Positions 18,447-26,578 of a DNA stretch of 45,591 nucleotides are shown here, piece by piece. The stretch's first letter is position 1, and every line of letters starts with the position of its first letter. This DNA is from a bacterium (GTDB lineage Bacteria > Patescibacteriota > Minisyncoccia > UBA6257 > GWB1-50-10). Location: assembly GCA_021814165.1 (NCBI GenBank), contig JAKAIX010000004.1, positions 1 to 45,591 on the forward strand. Reading direction: 5' to 3'. A program made the translations under genes and the position numbers. The notes beneath the pieces are model-generated. The model was given only the letters and a program-made list of their open reading frames with translations. It had not been told where the DNA came from and did no database searches.

Positions 18447-20161
18447 ATGATTACCTTCTTATGACACTCATCGCACACGACGTGATCCCGCATCCCCTGC
18501 GGCGGCATCCCGATGACCGGCGTTCCGCACAAAGAACAAGGCAGCTCCTCGAGTACGAGATTGTTAAGCCATCCGAATCTTAATTTCATACGTTCCTCCG
18601 GATGAAACTCCGGTATCGCAATATGTTCTTTCTTATAAAACGCGAGTTCCGCCTTCGTCAAACGGAACAATCTCCCTGTCCCGCGCGACGCCAACGCAGA
18701 ATCCAAAATATCGTCGGAAACTTCTTCTATGTCCCCTATGGTAGCGCTGTCCACAATCTTCCCCGAAAACTCCGAATGTTCCCCGACCACATACCATATC
18801 CCCTCTCTTTTCGCTTCCTCTTCCGACAAGGGATCCGATAATTGCGCAAGCGAAGCGTTATAAGGGAATGGACTGAGCTTGATCGGGAAAAACTCCCCAT
18901 ATTCACCATTCTTGAGCATCGCTGTTTTTATCTCGTCCAGTTTCCTCCAATATTCGTCCTCCGAATATTGGACGTTCAAAATACAGAACTTCTTGTTTAC
19001 CAGTCCTACACACCCAAAGCAATTATCGCACGATCGCATGTTCATGGAGTACTCAAGGTTATGGCATTGTCCCCGAAGCATCGAGCTGAACTTTATTTCG
19101 AATCCATCATATGGGGAGACGGTAAAGTAACACTTCTCCGGTTTCGTACCGAGAAACACATCCATCGAATCTTTCGCGGCAAGCTGAAAATCATCATATC
19201 GCAGATTTTCACCTCCAACGACGAAAAAACATCGGTAGCAGTCCTTACAATTCTCCAGAAGATTCCCCGAGGAACGGACACTCTGCTCATTCAGGGAAAT
19301 TCTCTTCGGCGACTCCCGCAATAATTCAAGAAATTTGTCTTTCCAACGTTCCAATTCGCTCGCGTTCCCGAGATTTATCTCTTCCATTTTTCTCTCATAC
19401 TCTTCTTCCGACAATTGCGTGTTGAAGAAGTTGTACTTCTTATTTCTCAGGTTCACGCACCCGAAGCAGTATTCGCAATTCCGGCAATCGTACAAAAAAG
19501 CGCTTTCGAGACAATATTTCGAGAAATAGGTAAAAAAACAATGATAGCAATCCCTTACGTGTACTATGTCAAAACATTTATCCGACGACCACGAGACGAG
19601 CACGTCGACGTCGTCCCTGGAATGCATCGGCCAGTTGCCATACTGTACATTCTCGGCATTCATGCCTCCGAACACGTAGTAGCAATTTTTCAGTTGAACG
19701 CCGTAGGCCGCATACTCGCTGTCGACACTCATTGGATCTCCGGTATTTGCCGCCTGCGGCACCTGTTTTTTTATATTATCGAATTGCTCAAAAAACTGCT
19801 TCTTTTCGTCGAAGCTGCTCCCGTAATTCATCGGATCCCAGTCCCCACTCCAGTAGTAGTCAAAATCAAAGATGGGAGACGGTCCTCCCTCCGGAATCTG
19901 CGAAATGAGCATTTCATTGTGCCCCGGAACATTGCATTTTTTCTTGAAAAATGTCGTGTAATTCGTGAAAGCTCTTCTCGTTCGAACACGGCATCTCGGG
20001 CATAAGAGAGGCGGTGGGACGCGGAGCATTCGGTAGAAACCGATGTCCTCCTTTTCAATATTGAAACGCTGTGCGCATTGTTTACAGACACGCTCATGAG
20101 GTACGAGTTCTAGGAGAATCGCATCGAGTGCCTTGTCGAATTGTGGGGTTTTTGAGGTCAT
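18443..20161 (-). CDS. Cys-rich repeat protein, divergent array paralog 3 (start MTSKTP, 572 aa)
   Basis: Same scaffold with an N-terminal extension and several lost Cys pairs. ATGA overlaps on both sides. Confidence 0.88.
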   Translation of the reverse strand: MTSKTPQFDKALDAILLELVPHERVCKQCAQRFNIEKEDIGFYRMLRVPPPLLCPRCRVRTRRAFTNYTTFFKKKCNVPGHNEMLISQIPEGGPSPIFDFDYYWSGDWDPMNYGSSFDEKKQFFEQFDNIKKQVPQAANTGDPMSVDSEYAAYGVQLKNCYYVFGGMNAENVQYGNWPMHSRDDVDVLVSWSSDKCFDIVHVRDCYHCFFTYFSKYCLESAFLYDCRNCEYCFGCVNLRNKKYNFFNTQLSEEEYERKMEEINLGNASELERWKDKFLELLRESPKRISLNEQSVRSSGNLLENCKDCYRCFFVVGGENLRYDDFQLAAKDSMDVFLGTKPEKCYFTVSPYDGFEIKFSSMLRGQCHNLEYSMNMRSCDNCFGCVGLVNKKFCILNVQYSEDEYWRKLDEIKTAMLKNGEYGEFFPIKLSPFPYNASLAQLSDPLSEEEAKREGIWYVVGEHSEFSGKIVDSATIGDIEEVSDDILDSALASRGTGRLFRLTKAELAFYKKEHIAIPEFHPEERMKLRFGWLNNLVLEELPCSLCGTPVIGMPPQGMRDHVVCDECHKKVII

Positions 20162-21924
20162 GCCACTTCCGCCTGATAACACTGTTCGCAGTATACGATT
20201 TCCGGTCTCTCGGGCGAGTATGGCGTTTGAATCGTATTTGAACAACGAGCAGCGCCATGAACGTGAGAAATAAGATTTTTATAATTTCCACGCTCTGAAG
20301 AAACCCCTGTGCACTCACAGGATCTCTCGAAGAGCTTTCGGGGAAGGAGTTTTTTCATTCTCGCCTTATGGCGCTCCAGCGGCGAAACGCGGGGAATTGG
20401 AAGCTGCATCCTTCTATAAAACTCGAGTTCCATAGGAACGAGGCGATAGGGTTTACCCGACACCTCACATTTCAGAACCTTTTGGAGAATATCATCTTTC
20501 ACATACCCAATATCATCCGGAATCGCGTAGTCGGAGAACTCGTATCTCGCGTCCGACTCGTAGTCGCTCCATAAATATCCTTTCCCAATCGCTTCTTCTT
20601 TCGTAATCGGGTAGTAATCCTGCGCCGCGGTTTCGTTATAACCGTACGGAGCGAACTCCACGGGAAAGAACTCTCCATATCCATATACTCTCCCGTTTTT
20701 CCCTTCGTACGGCATATCCGCCATATGCCGCCGTATTTTCGGCACAAGCGTTTCGTACTCTTCTTTCGTATATTTCTTGTTCAAAACGCAGTACTCCCCG
20801 CTCCTCATATTGGCGCATCCGAAGCAGTTCTTGCTGTCGATCACGGAATAGCAGTACTCGACGTCGGATGAGTGTATTTTTTTCAAAGGATCGCCGCTCA
20901 TGCAGAAGTTGCAGAATTTCGAGTTATACACTCCCCCGCCGCTCGCGCACTCGTAGCTCAACTCGGATGCGCCATGCGCGCTCTCGTCATAGCTGTCGCG
21001 AAGCCACCCTCCTATATAGATATGTTTCGCATCCTCGCTGTCTTCCACGTCCCAGGAATCGAACACCCGTTTCGAATTGGTGATGTGGTTTCCGCTCACT
21101 TCGTTCGATCTCAGTATGGACGCGAAACGATGGGGAACGACGTTCCAGAGCGTTTCTGCGCGGGCGCGCAACTCGCTGAAGTTCTTATACGAACTCAGCG
21201 GATGTTCTTCCAGAAATTCCTCATACGACTCCTTCGAGCGGGGTTCGTTAAACAAGTAGTATTGCTTGTTTCTGAGTCCCGCACACCCGAGGCAGTTCGA
21301 ACAGTTCCGGCAATCGAAAGAAAAAAATATGTTTTGAGAGTCGGAACAATCCCTTGAGCCCACGACGCGATAACATTTCTCGCAGTTGATATTTTCGTAC
21401 GCGAGCTCGCTGTTCAGCATCCAGAAATTATCGAGGGAATTTTTGGTATAAAGCGCATAGGTATTGTACGCGGAATCTTCGTTGTAGTGTCCGCCCACGT
21501 TCAGATAGCAGTTCTTGTCATCGGTTTCCTGATTCACCCACTCGCTGTTTACGGTATTCAGGTTCAGGATCGAAACGTGCGGCGTCACGTACAATAGCTC
21601 CCTGAACTGTTCGAAAAAAGGGCGCGAAAAATCATACTCCTTCCCGTAAGAAAACGGACTCCACGTGTCGCCCCACCAGCATTTTTTGCAGTACATCGGA
21701 TATGGTTTGTCGGGCGAGACGCGCGAAACGACCGTCTCTCCGCACAAATCGCATTTCCTTTTATAAAGTGCGCGTTCGTTCCTCCATGCGATCCTCCGTT
21801 GCTCCCTGCATTCGGGGCAGAGTGTCGGCGGCGGGACCTGTATACGCTCGTAAAACGAAAGATCATCGGGTCCGATGACGAAAGGATTCTTGCAATTCTG
21901 ACAAATCTTAGTCTCTTGATTCAT
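20158..21924 (-). CDS. Cys-rich repeat protein, array paralog 2
   Basis: Same architecture. YGEFFP and C-terminal PEIVYCEQCYQAE. Confidence 0.9.
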   Translation of the reverse strand: MNQETKICQNCKNPFVIGPDDLSFYERIQVPPPTLCPECREQRRIAWRNERALYKRKCDLCGETVVSRVSPDKPYPMYCKKCWWGDTWSPFSYGKEYDFSRPFFEQFRELLYVTPHVSILNLNTVNSEWVNQETDDKNCYLNVGGHYNEDSAYNTYALYTKNSLDNFWMLNSELAYENINCEKCYRVVGSRDCSDSQNIFFSFDCRNCSNCLGCAGLRNKQYYLFNEPRSKESYEEFLEEHPLSSYKNFSELRARAETLWNVVPHRFASILRSNEVSGNHITNSKRVFDSWDVEDSEDAKHIYIGGWLRDSYDESAHGASELSYECASGGGVYNSKFCNFCMSGDPLKKIHSSDVEYCYSVIDSKNCFGCANMRSGEYCVLNKKYTKEEYETLVPKIRRHMADMPYEGKNGRVYGYGEFFPVEFAPYGYNETAAQDYYPITKEEAIGKGYLWSDYESDARYEFSDYAIPDDIGYVKDDILQKVLKCEVSGKPYRLVPMELEFYRRMQLPIPRVSPLERHKARMKKLLPRKLFERSCECTGVSSERGNYKNLISHVHGAARCSNTIQTPYSPERPEIVYCEQCYQAEVA

Positions 21925-21925
21925 A

Positions 21926-21957
21926 ATTCATAATTCCTAATTCTTTATTCCTGATTC
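21926..21957. repeat. 32-bp heptamer-based direct repeat, copy B
   Basis: Identical to 14997-15028. Confidence 0.9.
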
Positions 21958-21960
21958 CTG

Positions 21961-23673
21961 CTACGCCACTTCCGATTGATAACACCGTTCGCAGTACAAG
22001 ATTTCTTTCGTGTCAGGGGGATAGTTCGACTGGAACGTGTTCGAACACCTTCCTTCCGGATGATGAGAATGTACTGTCGAGTTCTTATACGTCTTGTAAT
22101 CGCACCCGCACTGTCGCGACTCGAAGAGCCGGTTGGGTCCGCGCGCACGGAATCGTTTCAAGTGTCTGCAATCGGGACATTCTCTCGGCAAAGGAACCTC
22201 GAGGTGTTTGTAGAACTCGAATTCACCCGGAATAATCCGAAAATTTTTTTTGCATGCGGTGCATACGAAAATTTCCTTCGGCACGTCGATTCGAATGTCC
22301 TTGATCGAATCGGGAACCGTATCCCAAGAAACAGACTCCTTTCCGTATGTCCCGCGCGGGGTACCTTCCCACGAGAATCCGAGCGCAAGCGTTTCTTCTT
22401 TCGAAAGAGGAAACTGATCCTGCGCGGCACTTTCGTTGTAGCCGAAGGCACTCATTCCCGCGGGGAAGAATGTACCGTATATCCCGTCCCGCTTCATGTC
22501 CGTAATGATTTCCTGCCTTTTCTCCTCATATTCCTCCTTGGAATACTGCTTATTGAGAATGCAATAATCCTTCTTTCTCAGTCCTACACACCCAAAACAG
22601 TGATTCGAATTGAAGCAATACGATGAGTATTCCATAAAACTGCACGACCAACACACCGCACAGCTTATGTAATGGGAGGTGTCGATGCCCGCGTTGATCG
22701 AGTTATAGATAAGTTCGGCTCCTCTCCCCGCCGTATCGCAGTCCATGCAATCCTTCGCATTCCGCCACACGTGCACCCCGTATGTACAATCCTCGGAATC
22801 GTAGCAATGGAAGCACGAACGACAGTTTTTCGCGTCTTTGATGTAGTTTCCCGAGGAGTTCGGAGCGTTATATACCTCGCCGAACCTCCTCGGTTGCGTC
22901 GCGGCAAACTCTTCGAATCGTTTTCGCATCGCTTCCCTTCCGCTCCACGTGTCGAGACGCGCCTCTTTCTTGAATGTTTCGTACTCTTCTCGCGAGAGCG
23001 ATTTATTGAACACGTGATATTGTTTGTTTCTCAAGTTCACGCATCCGATACAATCGGAGCACCCGCGACAGTCGAGGAGAAAATATCCGTCATGGGAATC
23101 GTGGCATCCTTTGCTGTAAAAAAGTTTGTAGGAGTTATAACAGTCGTCGCTCTCGTACGAAAGTTCCGTCTTCGAGGCAAACGAAACGTCCGTGCAATTA
23201 CGGCATTCCTGAATCCAGTAGCAGTGGGTGCAGTCCTCGTTATTCGAGGACTCGATAATCATGTAGCAGTTCTTGTTGTCGGCCGAGATGTTCACATACT
23301 CGGAATTTACGCTCCGCTCGTACATCAGACCGACCTTCGGCACAGCGTTCAAAAGCGCACCGAGCTGTTCCAAAAATGATCTCGAAGGATTATAAGAGAT
23401 CCCGAAATCCTTCGCGTCCCACGCATCCGAGAACCAGCAGTCGTGACACCACACCCTGAACGGTTTACTCGGACTGTACATCGAGACGCCTTCCTTCCCG
23501 CACCGATCGCACTTCCTTTTGTAAAACGACCGCTCATTCCTGAACGCGAGCCGGTGCCGCGCACGGCACAGAGGACACGATCGCGGGACGGATACGCCGA
23601 TCTTTTCATAGAAGATCGTGTCGTCGGGTTGAATCTCAAAATCCTTCCTACAAATATTACAGGACGCCATCAT
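21961..23673 (-). CDS. Cys-rich repeat protein, array paralog 1 (first transcribed)
   Basis: CNIC...CPLC, CDRC-x17-CHDC, repeat blocks, YGTFFP, ILYCERCY. TATAAT at about 23689-23694 upstream. Confidence 0.9.
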   Translation of the reverse strand: MMASCNICRKDFEIQPDDTIFYEKIGVSVPRSCPLCRARHRLAFRNERSFYKRKCDRCGKEGVSMYSPSKPFRVWCHDCWFSDAWDAKDFGISYNPSRSFLEQLGALLNAVPKVGLMYERSVNSEYVNISADNKNCYMIIESSNNEDCTHCYWIQECRNCTDVSFASKTELSYESDDCYNSYKLFYSKGCHDSHDGYFLLDCRGCSDCIGCVNLRNKQYHVFNKSLSREEYETFKKEARLDTWSGREAMRKRFEEFAATQPRRFGEVYNAPNSSGNYIKDAKNCRSCFHCYDSEDCTYGVHVWRNAKDCMDCDTAGRGAELIYNSINAGIDTSHYISCAVCWSCSFMEYSSYCFNSNHCFGCVGLRKKDYCILNKQYSKEEYEEKRQEIITDMKRDGIYGTFFPAGMSAFGYNESAAQDQFPLSKEETLALGFSWEGTPRGTYGKESVSWDTVPDSIKDIRIDVPKEIFVCTACKKNFRIIPGEFEFYKHLEVPLPRECPDCRHLKRFRARGPNRLFESRQCGCDYKTYKNSTVHSHHPEGRCSNTFQSNYPPDTKEILYCERCYQSEVA

Positions 23674-23807
23674 ATGTTATATAAAGCCATTATAACCTCT
23701 TGAGACGGAAAGGCATATTGGAAAACAAAAACGGCTCCCGACGGGGACCGAATATCACTGCGCAAACTCCGCTCTTTCTTACGAAAGAAGCAACCTTTTC
23801 TTTCTCT

Positions 23808-23990
23808 TTACAATCCTCCCGAGTCACCCGAGTCGCTGTCTTCCTCAAGCTCTTCCACCTTCTCGCCTAAGAGCATGCGATGGCGCCTCAAAAGCCTTCT
23901 GCACCTGAATGTAAGCGTAAGCCCTTTCACGATCGAGTAGACCGTGTAAATAATGATGAGCGCCAGTACGATAACGAGCCAGAGGGGCAT
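23808..23990 (-). CDS. Small single-TM protein (60 aa)
   Basis: Hydrophobic N-terminus, then a basic stretch and an acidic tail. TATAAT 8 nt upstream of the ATG. Confidence 0.6.
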   Translation of the reverse strand: MPLWLVIVLALIIIYTVYSIVKGLTLTFRCRRLLRRHRMLLGEKVEELEEDSDSGDSGGL

Positions 23991-24030
23991 TTCTTTGATT
24001 ATATTATATCACAACTTCCAAAAAATGCAA

Positions 24031-24336
24031 CTACCGGACCACCTCAGACATCCACTCTTTATAGGCGTGATTGATGCGACGCACGTCAATAGCTCCGATG
24101 AAGGGCGTAACATAGGCGTGGTTTTGCATGATAAAATCTTCAATCGGCTGCAGTTTTGATTCAAGCGTCTTGATGAGAACCCCGGCTTCTTGGTCCTCCT
24201 TAATTTCTCCCTCCCAGCGGTACGTTGATTGGATCGGCCATACGTTCACGCAGGAAGCCATGTGATGCTCGATAATCAGCTTCGCAAGTTTTTTCCCCTC
24301 TTCCTCATTTTTACAAGTGGTATAAATGAGAACCAT
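24031..24336 (-). CDS. cutA: Divalent-cation tolerance protein CutA (start MVLIY)
   Basis: IYTTC..EE...LA...ASCVN..PIQSTYRWEGEI....E...LIKT...NHAYVTP. Confidence 0.9.
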   Translation of the reverse strand: MVLIYTTCKNEEEGKKLAKLIIEHHMASCVNVWPIQSTYRWEGEIKEDQEAGVLIKTLESKLQPIEDFIMQNHAYVTPFIGAIDVRRINHAYKEWMSEVVR

Positions 24337-24374
24337 AACTTTGATGTTTTTAACGACCTTTGAATAAAATTTTC

Positions 24375-24454
24375 CAATTATCAATTTCCAATTTTCAGTG
24401 AATTACAAATTTAAAAATTTTCAAAACCTTACATTTATTGAAAATTGATCATTG
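24375..24454. repeat. 80-bp inverted repeat, left arm (AT-rich element copy 2)
   Basis: Exact reverse complement of 25940-26019. Confidence 0.95.
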
Positions 24455-24471
24455 GAAATTGAAAATTCACA

Positions 24472-25917
24472 CTAGATAAGCGGCTCCGGCGTATCGTTCC
24501 CGGCGGCCGCTTGCGGCTTACCGGTTATTGCCGCCTTCTCCTGGGCGCTTCGGAAGATTCCCTCTTCCTCCTCCGCAATAAGCCGCTTTGCCGCATCCGC
24601 GGAGATAGAGTATTTCTCGCGAGAGCGCGCGATAATTTCTTCCCTGTACGACTGATGGTTCGGAGGGAGCACCTTCAGGGTTTCTGCGGAAAACGGATCG
24701 TAGGTCTCGCCGTCGATCGTCATCTTGATGTAAATCTCACCCATGCCGAGGTTAATCATGTCTTTGATGTCAAACACGGGAGCCATCTCCGGTTTTAGCT
24801 TCACGGCATCTTCACCGCCTACGCGGAAGATGATTATCGTACCTGTATTTCCCAAAACGGCCGCTTGTACTTTCGGCAAGAGTTGCCCCACATACTGGTG
24901 CGCCACCGTAAGACACAGTCCGTATTTGCGCGCCTCCGACAAAAGATTTTCAAACGTATCGGTCACGAGATTTTGGAACTCGTCTACGTATACATAATAA
25001 TCGTGACGTTCGGAACTCGGCAGCGACGCGCGTGCCATACCCGCCTGCTTAATCTTCGTGATAAACATTGAGCCGAAGAAACTCGAGTTCTCCTCTCCGA
25101 TTTTTCCCTTCGAAAGATTGATGAGAATAATTTTCTTCTCCTGCATCAGTTCCTCGAGTTTTACCTTATTTTCCTTCTGCCCGAAGATGTTCCGAAGCAT
25201 CGGGTCCGAAAGAAACTGTCCGAGCTTGTTCACAAGCGGGATTATTGCTTCCGTATCGAACTTCTCCGACCAGTCGGCGAACTCGATTGCCCAGAAACGC
25301 TTCACCATGTCGTCCTCGATATATTCCACCACCTTCTGGCGGTAGTTCCGATCGGTGAGCATTGAGATCATGCCGCGCATAGTGGCATGCGGATAATCGA
25401 GAAGCGCGAGGCAAGTAAAGCGGAATACGTGTTCCAGACGCGGAGTCCAGTTTGCGCCGAATTGTTTCTCCATAACCTCGATAAGACCTTGCGTAAGCTG
25501 ATGCTTGAAGGAGGGATCGATGTTCGCGAGCGGATTGAACGAGACGGGGTAGCTGATGTCGGAGGGATCGATAATGCACACGTCATCGATGCGCTCTTTG
25601 GGAATAAAGGGAATAATGTCGTCGATCGTCTCGCCGTGCGGGTCAATAAGGCAAAGTCCGTGGCCGTACGCGATGTCCTGACGGGTGAAAAGCTCCAAAA
25701 GTTTCGATTTTCCGACGCCGCTCTTCCCGATAATGTAGGCGTGTCTTCTCCTGTCAACGCGCTTGATGCCGAAAATGAAATTCTTCCGTTCAAGCGCAGC
25801 GACGTAGTTGGTTCTCCCGATGAACGACACGTCCTTCGGATCAACCTGCCCGTAGATCGGAAGCTCCGGCGGAGGAGGAGCATATTTGATGATTTGTATT
25901 TTTGATGCGCGAGGCAT
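24472..25917 (-). CDS. TraD/VirD4/HerA-like P-loop ATPase (paralog of 9375-11216)
   Basis: DRRRHAYIIGKSGVGKS, IDPHGE, YVDEFQN, LSEARKY, AHQY, GNTGT, PFSAETL. Confidence 0.9.
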   Translation of the reverse strand: MPRASKIQIIKYAPPPPELPIYGQVDPKDVSFIGRTNYVAALERKNFIFGIKRVDRRRHAYIIGKSGVGKSKLLELFTRQDIAYGHGLCLIDPHGETIDDIIPFIPKERIDDVCIIDPSDISYPVSFNPLANIDPSFKHQLTQGLIEVMEKQFGANWTPRLEHVFRFTCLALLDYPHATMRGMISMLTDRNYRQKVVEYIEDDMVKRFWAIEFADWSEKFDTEAIIPLVNKLGQFLSDPMLRNIFGQKENKVKLEELMQEKKIILINLSKGKIGEENSSFFGSMFITKIKQAGMARASLPSSERHDYYVYVDEFQNLVTDTFENLLSEARKYGLCLTVAHQYVGQLLPKVQAAVLGNTGTIIIFRVGGEDAVKLKPEMAPVFDIKDMINLGMGEIYIKMTIDGETYDPFSAETLKVLPPNHQSYREEIIARSREKYSISADAAKRLIAEEEEGIFRSAQEKAAITGKPQAAAGNDTPEPLI

Positions 25918-25939
25918 AGGTGTAATAATTTACAATGTT

Positions 25940-26019
25940 CAATGATCAATTTTCAATAAATGTAAGGTTTTGAAAATTTTTAAATTTGTAATTCACTGAA
26001 AATTGGAAATTGATAATTG
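25940..26019. repeat. 80-bp inverted repeat, right arm (AT-rich element copy 3)
   Basis: Exact reverse complement of 24375-24454. Confidence 0.95.
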
Positions 26020-26030
26020 AAAATTAACGA

Positions 26031-26573
26031 CTACCCGAGTGCTCCCAATTCTTTCAAAAACGCTTCGTACGTATCAAGCATTGTTCTCCCCTCTTTTTCC
26101 GAAATTTCGAATCCCGGGGTATGCACGAGTTGGTTCCGTATCTTATGCGCTCTCCAAAGATCCTCAAGCGTCTCAAGCTCCTCGAGGTCGAGGCCCTGAA
26201 GACGATCGGCCATATGTTCCCCAGGAAGCCCGATGGTCTGCAGTACAGAATCGACAAGGTTGTCTGCGGCGATTACTCCGAGTTTCATCGAGTGGGGCGG
26301 AGCGCTCTCCGCATCCTTCTTTATCTTTTCCCAATAACCTTTTACCCGCACGCGATCGACCGGAAATGCTTTTTTCTTTTCTCCTTCCTTAATTCTCCCC
26401 CGGAAATTCATCTCAAGGTCGGGGCGAAACCCCCATCCTTTCCAGAGTGCAAGACAAAACGCAATAAAGAGAAGGACATCGAGAACGATGAACACCACCC
26501 GTGCAACCGAGAAGAGGCCTTCCCACGGGAAGTTGGTGAAAAAATCACCGATAGCGGAAAAAAATGAACTCAT
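26031..26573 (-). CDS. Hypothetical membrane-anchored protein (start MSSFF, 180 aa)
   Basis: TM helix then a helical domain (IAADNLVD...GEHMADRL...AHKIRNQLVH). The longer ORF overlaps the upstream gene. Confidence 0.75.
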   Translation of the reverse strand: MSSFFSAIGDFFTNFPWEGLFSVARVVFIVLDVLLFIAFCLALWKGWGFRPDLEMNFRGRIKEGEKKKAFPVDRVRVKGYWEKIKKDAESAPPHSMKLGVIAADNLVDSVLQTIGLPGEHMADRLQGLDLEELETLEDLWRAHKIRNQLVHTPGFEISEKEGRTMLDTYEAFLKELGALG

Positions 26574-26578
26574 AGCGC

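Noticed and set aside
11461-23673. Diversity-generating retroelement acting on the paralogs
   Set aside because: No reverse transcriptase, and I found no TR/VR pair with adenine-specific differences. Divergence is spread along the whole proteins.
11461-23673. Multiheme cytochromes or ferredoxins
   Set aside because: The CxxC motifs are essentially not followed by His (no repeated CxxCH), there is no signal peptide, and there is no consistent CxxCxxCxxxCP pattern.
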